A program made the translations under genes and the position numbers. The notes below the pieces were generated by a model. That model was not told the origin of the DNA, did no database searches, and was given only the letters and a program-made list of their open reading frames with translations. This document shows positions 1 to 8,144 of a stretch of 64,000 nucleotides of DNA, one piece after another. Origin of the DNA: an uncultured Chloroflexia bacterium (GTDB lineage Bacteria; Chloroflexota; Limnocylindria; Limnocylindrales; CSP1-4). Positions within the stretch are counted from its first letter, which is position 1. Every line of letters starts with the position of its first letter. Location of the stretch: positions 1,665,543 to 1,729,542 of the forward strand of contig CAVUFD010000001.1 of assembly GCA_963740825.1 (NCBI GenBank). Reading direction: 5' to 3'.

Positions 1-1
1 C

Positions 2-1150
2 CCGCGACCGACGGGCCCGTTCTCGATCGGGACGGTCACCTATCACCTCGTCGACGCGTCGCGACCGGCGCGCTTCACTGCGCGACCGGACCATGCGCGC
101 GAGCTCATGGTCCAGGTCTGGTATCCGGCGATCGACGACCCGGCGGCACCGCGGGCGCCGTACGTCGACGACAGCCGGGCGCTTCGGCCACTCGCGTCGA
201 TGATGAGACTGCCGGAGACGGTCTTCGACCACCTCGGCCGCCTGCAGACCCATGCCGTATGGCGGCGTCCGGTCGCCCCGGCGGACGACCGCTTCCCGGT
301 GCTGGTCTTCTCCCACGGCCGATGTGGCTTCCGCCAGCACAACTCGGTCCAGGTCGAGGAGCTCGTCTCGCACGGCTTCGTCGTGGCGGCGATCGATCAT
401 CCGGGTCTCGCGAGCGGGGTCGTGTTTCCCGACGGCCGCCTCGTGTCCTTCGACCCGCGGTTCCTCCCCCCGTGGCCGCGGTCGACCGCCGGATCGGGTG
501 GCATCGATTTCGACGAGGTCTCCTGCTATCTCGCCGAGGACGTCCGTTTCGTCCTCGATGGCCTCACCGACCTCGACCGGGCGGATCCGCTCGACACGCT
601 GACGGGCCGGCTCGACCTCGGCCGGATCGGGATGTTCGGGCCGTCACTCGGCGGTCGGGTCGCGGCGCAGGCCGCCCTTGCGGACCAACGAATCAGGGCG
701 GTCCTGTTCATGGACATCGCCATGCCGCCGGCCGTGGTCGCGGGAGACCTGCGCCAGCCCGCGATGTGGATGAGCCGCGACACGCCCACGATGGTCGCGG
801 AGGGCTGGAGCGCGGCCGACATCGTGGACACCCAGACGACGATGCACCTCGCCTTCGAGCTCTTGTCCTCCGACGGCTACCTCGTCCTCGTGCCGGGCAT
901 GTTCCACCCCGACTTCTCCGATGGCCGCCTGCTGTCCCCGCTGCTGCCCCAGCGGGGAATCACCGGGCCGATCGACGGCGCTCGAGCTCGCGCGATCCTC
1001 GGCGAGTACTCGCTCGCCTTCTTCGACCGCCACCTGCGGGACGGGCAGGCACCGTTGCTCGACGGACCCGCGGACCGCTTCCCCGAGGTGGAGTACGCCC
1101 ACCACCGCGGAGCGACCGTGACTGCTTCGCTCGCGTCTCGCCCGGACTAG
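2..1150 (+). CDS. alpha/beta hydrolase, platelet-activating-factor acetylhydrolase / lipase-like (5' partial, continues upstream of window)
   Basis: ORF 107..1150 is open in frame back to the window start. Motifs FSHGRCGF and AAIDHPG fit the PAF-AH/alpha-beta hydrolase family. Codon usage is typical for the window. Confidence 0.7.
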   Translation, partial: PRPTGPFSIGTVTYHLVDASRPARFTARPDHARELMVQVWYPAIDDPAAPRAPYVDDSRALRPLASMMRLPETVFDHLGRLQTHAVWRRPVAPADDRFPVLVFSHGRCGFRQHNSVQVEELVSHGFVVAAIDHPGLASGVVFPDGRLVSFDPRFLPPWPRSTAGSGGIDFDEVSCYLAEDVRFVLDGLTDLDRADPLDTLTGRLDLGRIGMFGPSLGGRVAAQAALADQRIRAVLFMDIAMPPAVVAGDLRQPAMWMSRDTPTMVAEGWSAADIVDTQTTMHLAFELLSSDGYLVLVPGMFHPDFSDGRLLSPLLPQRGITGPIDGARARAILGEYSLAFFDRHLRDGQAPLLDGPADRFPEVEYAHHRGATVTASLASRPD

Positions 1151-1205
1151 CGGGCCGGCCCTGGAACACGACGGCGGGCCACCGGGTTCCACGGCCGAAT
1201 ATCCT

Positions 1206-2876
1206 GTGACGATGGCGACCAGCGTCGCGAGCCCGGACGCGGCTCGCCTGTGGCCGGTCGGTCTCGTGCTTGCACTGCCGCTCGTGGGGCTGGCGGTGCT
1301 CCTGGCCCAGCCCGAGCTCGACATGGCGTGGGAGCACCACCCGAGCCACTTCTGGCTCGTGCTCGTCGCCGCGGCGATCAACGTGCTGCTCGCGTACGTG
1401 ACCAACATCGCGGCCGGCCGCTACCGCGACGCGCGTCTGACGCTGATCTCGCTCGCCTTCCTCTCGACCGCCGGATTCCTGGGGCTGCATGCGCTGGCGA
1501 CGCCGGGCGTCCTGCTGGACAGCCCGAACATCGGGTTCGCGATCGCGACACCGGTCGGGTTGATCATCGCGTCGGTCTTCGCGGCCGCCTCCGCCACGCC
1601 GCTCGCGGGTCCGCGCGCGATGGACGTGCTCCGCGCGCGGACCCTCCTGCTCGGTGGGCTCATCGCGCTGATGGTCGCCTGGGCGGTGTTCTCGATCGCG
1701 CAGCTGCCGCCCCTCGACGGGCCTCCCCCATCCCGCGAAGGCGGCGGCATCCTCGACGTGCTGTCCGTCATCGCGGTCGCGCTGTTCGCCTTCGCCGCCG
1801 TCCGGCTGGTGCAGTTCTTCCGGTACCGCGGCGAGACGATCCTGCTGGCGACGGCCGCCGCCGTGGTCCTCCTCGCCGAGGCGCTGATCGCGATCCTCGT
1901 CAGCCCGAACTGGCACTACAGCTGGTGGGAATGGCACCTCCTGCTGCTGGCGGCGTTCTTGACGATCGCGCTGGCCGCGCGCAACGAGTACCAGCGGCGC
2001 GGTTCGCTGACCGGAGCCTTCGGCGGGCTGTACCTCGAGGCCACGCTCGCGCGCGTCGACCGCTGGTACGCATCCGCGGTGGCCTCGGTCGCGGCCGCGC
2101 AGGCCGCCGGTGGCGCGACCGACGACGTGCTCGCCGAGCTCCGACGCGAGGGCGCGACCGACCGGGAGCTGACACTCCTCTCGCAAACCGCACGTGAGGT
2201 GGGCCGCCTCGACGCGAGCTTCCGCCCCTACCTGCCGGCCGTCGTCAGGGAGCGCATCCGCGTCCGCGGGACGTCCTCGCCCGTCGCGACGATCGGCGAC
2301 GAGCGCGTCGTCACCGCGATGTTCGCGGACCTCGCGGGTTTCACGCGGTTCAGCGAGCGACGCGAGCCACGCGAGGTCGTCGAGATGCTGAACGCCTACT
2401 GGGCGGCGGTCGTGCCCGTCGTCGACCGCGCGGGCGGCACGATCGAGCATTTTGCCGGTGACGGCATCCTGACCGTGTTCAACGCCGCCGGCGACCAGCC
2501 GGACCACGCCCGGCGGGCCGTGCGTGCGGCGACGGAGATCCTGATGGTCACGCGGGACATCGCCATGAGCCATCCCGGCTGGCCGATCTTCCGGATCGGC
2601 ATCAACACGGGACCCGTCGTGGTCGGCGTGATCGGGACCGCCGCGCGCAGGAGCTTCGCCGCCATCGGCGATCCCGTGAACACGGGCGCCAGGCTGCAGG
2701 CCGCCGCGGAGCCGGGCCAGGTGGTCGTGGGCCGGGCGACCTGGGATGCGCTCGACGACGCGACGGCCGGCGTGCCGCTCGGGGCGATCCGCGTGAAGGG
2801 CAAGCGCGACCCGGTCGAGGCGTGGCGCCTCATCCTCCCGGAGTCGGCCCGGACCGGTCCGCGCTCGCTCGCCTGA
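1206..2876 (+). CDS. membrane-anchored class III adenylate/guanylate cyclase (N-terminal polytopic TM domain + CHD cyclase domain)
   Basis: N-terminal about 250 aa form hydrophobic helices. C-terminal has FADLAGFT...FAGDGI...GDPVNTGARLQ cyclase motifs: metal-binding Asp pair, Lys, Asn/Arg. Confidence 0.8.
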   Translation: MTMATSVASPDAARLWPVGLVLALPLVGLAVLLAQPELDMAWEHHPSHFWLVLVAAAINVLLAYVTNIAAGRYRDARLTLISLAFLSTAGFLGLHALATPGVLLDSPNIGFAIATPVGLIIASVFAAASATPLAGPRAMDVLRARTLLLGGLIALMVAWAVFSIAQLPPLDGPPPSREGGGILDVLSVIAVALFAFAAVRLVQFFRYRGETILLATAAAVVLLAEALIAILVSPNWHYSWWEWHLLLLAAFLTIALAARNEYQRRGSLTGAFGGLYLEATLARVDRWYASAVASVAAAQAAGGATDDVLAELRREGATDRELTLLSQTAREVGRLDASFRPYLPAVVRERIRVRGTSSPVATIGDERVVTAMFADLAGFTRFSERREPREVVEMLNAYWAAVVPVVDRAGGTIEHFAGDGILTVFNAAGDQPDHARRAVRAATEILMVTRDIAMSHPGWPIFRIGINTGPVVVGVIGTAARRSFAAIGDPVNTGARLQAAAEPGQVVVGRATWDALDDATAGVPLGAIRVKGKRDPVEAWRLILPESARTGPRSLA

Positions 2877-2895
2877 GCGCCGGGCGGTCGGTCGG

Positions 2896-3129
2896 TCAGC
2901 TCTCGGCGCCTTGGGCCTCGGCTTCCGCCTCTTCCTCTCGTGCGGCGGCAGCCCGAGCCGTCTGGCTCAGGTGGCTGGCCTCGACGAGCGTCGGCTGGCC
3001 GTCACGATCCTTCCAGCGGGTCTGGATCTCGACCTCGTCGGACTCGCCGACGAGCCGGACGACGACGTTGTACCCCGACCCGCCACGGTCGACCGACACG
3101 ACCCTTGCCTCGCTCGAGGGCAGGGGCAT
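2896..3129 (-). CDS. small hypothetical protein (77 aa)
   Basis: ORF with ATG start; acidic Ala/Glu-rich tail. Immediately downstream of and overlapping the reading frame of a second small ORF (possible frameshift). Confidence 0.3.
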   Translation of the reverse strand: MPLPSSEARVVSVDRGGSGYNVVVRLVGESDEVEIQTRWKDRDGQPTLVEASHLSQTARAAAAREEEAEAEAQGAES

Positions 3130-3257
3130 GAGGGCCGCACCTCCCCGAGGTTCTGCCGGAGCTCCTTGCTCATGTCCTCGGTCGCGCGCTCGATGTCGCC
3201 GGCAACGAGCGCGTCGCAGAAGGCCGTCGCGCGGTCACGAACGGTTTCGTCGTCCAT
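3130..3257 (-). CDS. small hypothetical protein / N-terminal part of a frameshifted gene
   Basis: ORF 2967..3257 begins MDDETVRDRATAFCDALVAGDIERATEDMSKELRQNLGEV. The protein-like sequence stops where the 2896..3129 frame begins. Confidence 0.25.
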
Positions 3258-3266
3258 CGAGTCTCC

Positions 3267-3827
3267 TCAGTGCGGCGTCGCGAAGTCCCAGCGGGTCGGC
3301 CTTGGCAAATCTGCCGGATCGAATTGATCCATGCCGTGCATCCCGGGGAGGCCGAACACTCGCGTCGGGACGATGCGGTAGATCGTGTATGGCGGTGGCC
3401 CGGCGGTCGGGCCGTGCGGGCCGTAGACCTTGTGCCCCTTGGCCTCGAGCGGCCAGTTGTTTCCAGCGAGGACCTCGGCGATGTGGCGGACGGCAGCGTC
3501 GTCGGTGAGCCGTTCGGCGCGACCTTCGATAACGATGTCGAGGGACGGCAGAGTCGTGCTGGCCGTGGCGATGACACACCGCTCATCGGCGGCCAGGTTG
3601 CGGGCTTTTCGCGTCCCCTCCCCTGCAACGACGTGCATGGCGCCGTCGATCCAGAAGCCGATCACCGGCATGAGGTGCGGCCGACCGTCCGGCCGCGTCG
3701 TCGCGAGCCAGCAGGTTCGTTGGTGCTCGGGATTCGCAAGCCGTTCTCGCGCCAGGTCCCAGGACGTCGTATCCGACGTGTCCCCGACCAGTGCCTGCGC
3801 GCGCTGCGGTGCTCGTTCCTGCGCCAT
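3267..3827 (-). CDS. pyridoxamine 5'-phosphate oxidase family protein (PPOX class, probably F420-dependent)
   Basis: Internal ATG (MAQERAP...) of ORF 3267..3902. Motifs CWLATTRPDGRPHLMPV and GTRKARNL fit the PPOX/FMN-binding split-barrel family. Confidence 0.7.
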   Translation of the reverse strand: MAQERAPQRAQALVGDTSDTTSWDLARERLANPEHQRTCWLATTRPDGRPHLMPVIGFWIDGAMHVVAGEGTRKARNLAADERCVIATASTTLPSLDIVIEGRAERLTDDAAVRHIAEVLAGNNWPLEAKGHKVYGPHGPTAGPPPYTIYRIVPTRVFGLPGMHGMDQFDPADLPRPTRWDFATPH

Positions 3828-4061
3828 CCTTCCTCCTCTTGAGCGATAGCCCGAGGTCAGCAGAGGTTCGGCCCCTCCTGGGTCAACCCGGGCGCGACCC
3901 ATTGCAGCTCTCGGTCGAACGTCATCGGGCCGAACGGCGAGCGATCCGCCGGCCTTGTGACGCTCCGTGGCTTCGAGCCCCGCGGGACGTCGTAAGCATC
4001 GCTGAGCAGCCGCCCCGCGCGGGGTACCCCCGGGGTGACGTCACATGTAGGGTGACATCAC

Positions 4062-4598
4062 ATGAGCTCGGAACCGCGTCAGCGACTGACCCTGGAGCCG
4101 ATCGCCGACGATCCAGAAGTCGGCCGATGGCTGGCTGCCCTCGAGGACGGACGGCGTGACACGCTCCGTGAGCTCGATCGCGTTACGCCCGCGATGATCG
4201 ACTGGTACCCGGATGCGCCCCTGAACAGCGTCGGCGCACTCCTGTACCACGTCGCGCTGATCGAGGCAGATTGGGTCATCAGTGAGGCCCTCGAGCTGGG
4301 TGACTATCCGCCCGAAATCAAGCGGCTCCTGCCGTGGACCGACCGCGATGGCGACGGTCATCTCTGGCGGGCCGACGGCCAGGAGCTTGACGCCCACCTC
4401 GATCGACTGCGGGGCGTTCGTCAGTTCGTCCTGGAACGGTTACGGCCGATGACGAACGACGACTTCCATCGGGTCCGCCGGATGGACGCCTACGACGTCG
4501 CGCCTGATTGGGCCGTTCACCACATCCTCCAGCACGAGGCAGAGCATCGATCGCACATCGCCTGGCTGCGCGACACGTATCCCTTTCCAGCACCGTAG
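4062..4598 (+). CDS. DinB family protein (DinB_2 / DUF664, metal-dependent four-helix bundle)
   Basis: 178 aa. His-rich motifs LLYHVALIEADW and HHILQHEAEHRSHIAWL typical of DinB_2. Confidence 0.75.
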   Translation: MSSEPRQRLTLEPIADDPEVGRWLAALEDGRRDTLRELDRVTPAMIDWYPDAPLNSVGALLYHVALIEADWVISEALELGDYPPEIKRLLPWTDRDGDGHLWRADGQELDAHLDRLRGVRQFVLERLRPMTNDDFHRVRRMDAYDVAPDWAVHHILQHEAEHRSHIAWLRDTYPFPAP

Positions 4599-4606
4599 CA
4601 GAGTCC

Positions 4607-5857
4607 ATGGACGCGTTCGCTCGGTTCGCCCAGCCGTGGCTCGACCGCGCCGCCAGGATAGGGGCGGATCCGCGGGACGACGACGACCTCCGGTTGCGCA
4701 AGGCGCTGCTCGTCCTCATATGCGTCCTGATCCTCCCGATCTCGCTTGCCTGGGGCGCGATCTACCTCGCCTTCGGCGCGATGGCGGGCCTCATCGCCTG
4801 GCTGTACCTGGCCATCTCGGTCACGGCGATCGCCATCTTCTCGCGCACCCGCGACGCAGAAACGTTCCTGAGGGTCGAGCTGCTCGACATCCTGCTCGCG
4901 CCGACGATCTCGATGGCATTCGTGGGTGGCTTCCTCGCGTCAGGCGCCGTGGGTCTGTGGGGGATCCTGGCGCCGCTCGGGGCCCTCGTGTTCAACGGTG
5001 CACGCTCGGGCGTCCGTTGGTTCGTCGCGTTCGTGGTCGTCTTCCTGGTCTCCGGGACCATCGGTGAGCTCGCAAAGGGCGGCGAGTCCCCCCTCCCCTC
5101 GTGGTTCTCGAGCCTGATGATCGCGCTCAACGTGACGGTCGCCGGTGCCGTCGTGTTCGGGCTCCTCGCGCAGTTCGTGCGCCAGCGCGAGGAGGCGCTC
5201 GCGGCGCTGCGGATCGAGCAGGATCGGGCCGAGAACCTGCTGCTGAACATCCTGCCTCGGTCGATCGCCGACAGGCTCAAGGCCGACACCACCACGATCG
5301 CGGACCAGTTCGTCGCGGCTTCGATCCTGTTCGCCGATGTCGTCGACTTCACGCCACTGTCGGACCGCCTGCAGCCGGCCGAGGTGGTCGGCATCCTCGA
5401 CCACCTGTTCACGCACTTCGACCTCCTGGCCGAGCGGTACGGGGTGGAGAAGATCAAGACGATCGGCGACTGCTACATGGTCGCGGCGGGGGTGCCGACG
5501 CCGCGCGCGGACCATGCGCGGGTGATGGCCCTGATGGGCCTCGACATGCGCGACGCGATGCGATCGCAGGACGCGGTCGGCCACCTGGGCCTCGAGATCC
5601 GGATCGGGATCAACTCCGGGCCGGTCGTGGCGGGCGTCATCGGGCGCAAGCGCTTCCTATACGACCTGTGGGGAGACGCGGTCAACATGGCGAGCCGGAT
5701 GGAGTCCCACGGCACGCCGGGGCAGGTCCAGGTCACGCGGGCAACGTACCAGCTCCTGAAGGACGAGTTCGAGCTCGAGCCAAGGGGCACCGTGCCGATC
5801 AAGGGCAAGGGCGACGTCGAGACCTGGTACCTCGTCGGCCCTCGGGACCTGGCCTGA
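4607..5857 (+). CDS. membrane-anchored class III adenylate/guanylate cyclase
   Basis: ATG at MDAFARF. Six predicted TM helices, then FADVVDFT...KTIGDCYMVAAG...GDAVNMASRMES cyclase motifs. Confidence 0.85.
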   Translation: MDAFARFAQPWLDRAARIGADPRDDDDLRLRKALLVLICVLILPISLAWGAIYLAFGAMAGLIAWLYLAISVTAIAIFSRTRDAETFLRVELLDILLAPTISMAFVGGFLASGAVGLWGILAPLGALVFNGARSGVRWFVAFVVVFLVSGTIGELAKGGESPLPSWFSSLMIALNVTVAGAVVFGLLAQFVRQREEALAALRIEQDRAENLLLNILPRSIADRLKADTTTIADQFVAASILFADVVDFTPLSDRLQPAEVVGILDHLFTHFDLLAERYGVEKIKTIGDCYMVAAGVPTPRADHARVMALMGLDMRDAMRSQDAVGHLGLEIRIGINSGPVVAGVIGRKRFLYDLWGDAVNMASRMESHGTPGQVQVTRATYQLLKDEFELEPRGTVPIKGKGDVETWYLVGPRDLA

Positions 5858-5903
5858 CCTTCGCTGCGCGTGATCGCGGTCACGCCGCCCCATCGGGCCC
5901 TGA

Positions 5904-6266
5904 CTACTCGGACGATTGGTAGACCCCGAGGATGTTGCCCCACGGGTCGGCGAACATGAACCGCCGTCCACCGGGATAGGAATGCAGCTCGACGTGGATC
6001 CGGCCCCCGGCAGCCACGACGCTCGCCACCGCGGCATCGACATCGTCCGATCGCACGAGCGCCAGGACGCCGTCGCCCCGGGACGCCGCCGGATGCGGGT
6101 TCAGCCCACCAAATTCGTGGCCGGGCCTCCCGGCGTCCTGGATACCGGCGTAGTCATCGCCGTACTCGTTGAATGCCCAGCCCAGTGCCTTCGCGTAGAA
6201 GGCCTTCGCCTGCTCAAGATCGTCGACGGCAAGCTCGGTGTAGTCGATCACGTTCCCCATTGCCAA
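5904..6266 (-). CDS. VOC family protein (glyoxalase/bleomycin-resistance fold)
   Basis: 120 aa. FADPWGN near the C-terminus and YAKALGW near the N-terminus are typical of the VOC family. Confidence 0.7.
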   Translation of the reverse strand: MAMGNVIDYTELAVDDLEQAKAFYAKALGWAFNEYGDDYAGIQDAGRPGHEFGGLNPHPAASRGDGVLALVRSDDVDAAVASVVAAGGRIHVELHSYPGGRRFMFADPWGNILGVYQSSE

Positions 6267-6408
6267 AGACTACGCGCCAACGCTAGCGCCGAACGGCACA
6301 GAGGTGCCATGAGCCCGGAACGCCGCTTTACTGAGGCGGGCGTAGCGCGATTCCGGCATGTGTCGCAAGCGTCGCGAGTGACGTCGCGCGGGCAGCGATG
6401 ATGGGCAC

Positions 6409-7695
6409 ATGACGTCGGAGCCGCGCTTCCTGACCCACGCCGACCTCGCGCGCGAGGCGGACGTCCAGCCCGCGGAGATCGACGAGCTGATCACGGCCGG
6501 CGTGCTCGTCCGGGATCCCGAGGGCCGCTTCGAGGCGGTCGACATCTCGCGCGTCCGACGCGCCCATGCGCTGCGCGAGGGTGGCATCACGCCCGATGAC
6601 ATGCTGTGGGCGATCGAGACCCAGCGGCTCCCGATCGACCGCGTGGCGGAGATGTTCGCGCCGCCGAGCCGGTCCACCTGCACCTTCGGCGAGCTGGTCG
6701 CCTCGCTCGGCGAGCGGGGGGCGGACCTGCCGGCCGTCTACGCCGCGTTCGGGCTCGCCGTCCCACCGCTCGAGGCGGCCGTTCCCGCGGACGAGGAGCG
6801 GCTGATCCGGCGCTTCCTCGAGGTGTGGGCGATGGTGGACGACACGCCCGAGGTGGCGCAGCGGGCGGCCCACGTCGTGGGCGACGGCATGCGCCGGATC
6901 ACGGCCGGGACCCTGGACCTGTTCGACGACCATGGCGGATCGCCGCCCGACCGGCTGCGTCGGGGCCTGAGCGCGGACGAGGCCATGCAGCCGTCGTTCG
7001 TGATGCCGGCCATGCAGCGGGACGTGCTCGAGTGGCTGAACACCCGGCACACCGAGCACGAGGTGTTCGAGCGGATCGTGGGCTTCATGGAGCGGGCGGT
7101 CGAAGGCGCAGGCCGCGCCGAACCTCACCTCGCCGATCCCCCGGCGGTCGCGTTCGTCGACCTCGCCGGGTACACCGCGCTGACCGCGACCGACGGCGAC
7201 GAGCGGGCCGCGGAGTTCGCGACGAGACTCCACGTCGTGGCCAGCCGCGTGGTCGCGAGCCACGGCGGGCGGGTCGTCAAGCAGCTGGGCGACGGCGTCC
7301 TGCTGCGCTTCAGGTCCGGGGGCGGCGCGATCGACGGCGTGCGCGAGCTCGTCGCGGCGCTCGCAGACGCCGGGTTGCCCGCCGCGCGCGCGGGAATCGC
7401 CGTGGGGCGGTTTGTCGTGCGCGACGGCGACGTCTACGGCAACGTCGTCAACCTGGCGGCACGGATCGCCGCACACGCGCGGCCCGGCGAGGCGCTCCTC
7501 CCGATCGCCGACGCGCAGGCGCTGCTTACCGCGACGGACTGGCAGGACGCAGGTACCGCGACGCTCAAGGCTCTCCGAACCCATCGGGCTGGCGAGGCTT
7601 CGGTAGGAGCGGTAGCGACGCCGCGTTCAACGCGCCCCCGATCAGGCCTCCTCGGCCGGTCGAGGCTCGAACACGACGACGGCCGTCTCCCGTGA
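6409..7695 (+). CDS. class III adenylate/guanylate cyclase with N-terminal regulatory (possibly HTH-like) domain
   Basis: C-terminal FVDLAGYT...KQLGDGVLL...GNVVNLAARI cyclase motifs. The 3' end overlaps the convergent gene by about 50 nt. Confidence 0.75.
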   Translation: MTSEPRFLTHADLAREADVQPAEIDELITAGVLVRDPEGRFEAVDISRVRRAHALREGGITPDDMLWAIETQRLPIDRVAEMFAPPSRSTCTFGELVASLGERGADLPAVYAAFGLAVPPLEAAVPADEERLIRRFLEVWAMVDDTPEVAQRAAHVVGDGMRRITAGTLDLFDDHGGSPPDRLRRGLSADEAMQPSFVMPAMQRDVLEWLNTRHTEHEVFERIVGFMERAVEGAGRAEPHLADPPAVAFVDLAGYTALTATDGDERAAEFATRLHVVASRVVASHGGRVVKQLGDGVLLRFRSGGGAIDGVRELVAALADAGLPAARAGIAVGRFVVRDGDVYGNVVNLAARIAAHARPGEALLPIADAQALLTATDWQDAGTATLKALRTHRAGEASVGAVATPRSTRPRSGLLGRSRLEHDDGRLP

Positions 7696-8112
7696 TCGGC
7701 GGGCGGCGTAGCCATCGAGGTCCGGGTTGCGCTGCTCGATCTCCGACCACAGCCGGGTGCGCTCGTCGCCGGTCGCGACGCGTGCCCGGACCTGGCGCGT
7801 ACCGTCGGCGAGATCGAGCGTCGCGTCGGGGTTCGCCTGGAGGTTGAGCCACCACGCCGGCTCCGGCTCGCCCCAGCCGTTCATGGCCAGCGTGAACAGG
7901 TTCGGCCCGTCCTCGAAGTAGCCGAGCATCGCGATCCGCTCGGCGCCCGTCTTGCGGCCCGTGGTGTGCAGCCGGAGCGTCCCGTAGCCCTTGGCCGTTG
8001 GCTTCCCGAGGCCGAGCCGGCCGCCAGTGATCGAGTACACGGCGCGATGCACGACCCACGCGCCACGGATGAACCACCGCGGAGGCAGAAACGGCGCTCG
8101 TTTCGTCTGCAT
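7642..8112 (-). CDS. nitroreductase-family deazaflavin(F420)-dependent oxidoreductase (DUF385)
   Basis: Internal ATG MQTKRAP of ORF 7642..8961. 156 aa. Motifs GWGEPEPAWWLNLQANPDATL and ARVATGDERTRLW typical of the Ddn/DUF385 family. Confidence 0.75.
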   Translation of the reverse strand: MQTKRAPFLPPRWFIRGAWVVHRAVYSITGGRLGLGKPTAKGYGTLRLHTTGRKTGAERIAMLGYFEDGPNLFTLAMNGWGEPEPAWWLNLQANPDATLDLADGTRQVRARVATGDERTRLWSEIEQRNPDLDGYAARRSRETAVVVFEPRPAEEA

Positions 8113-8144
8113 GCCTGCCCCCTTCGTGCCCGTGCCGATCGGGG

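Noticed and set aside
960-2573. 537-aa minus-strand ORF antisense to the first cyclase gene
   Set aside because: Composition is R/D/G/E-rich noise. The plus-strand cyclase has unambiguous catalytic motifs.
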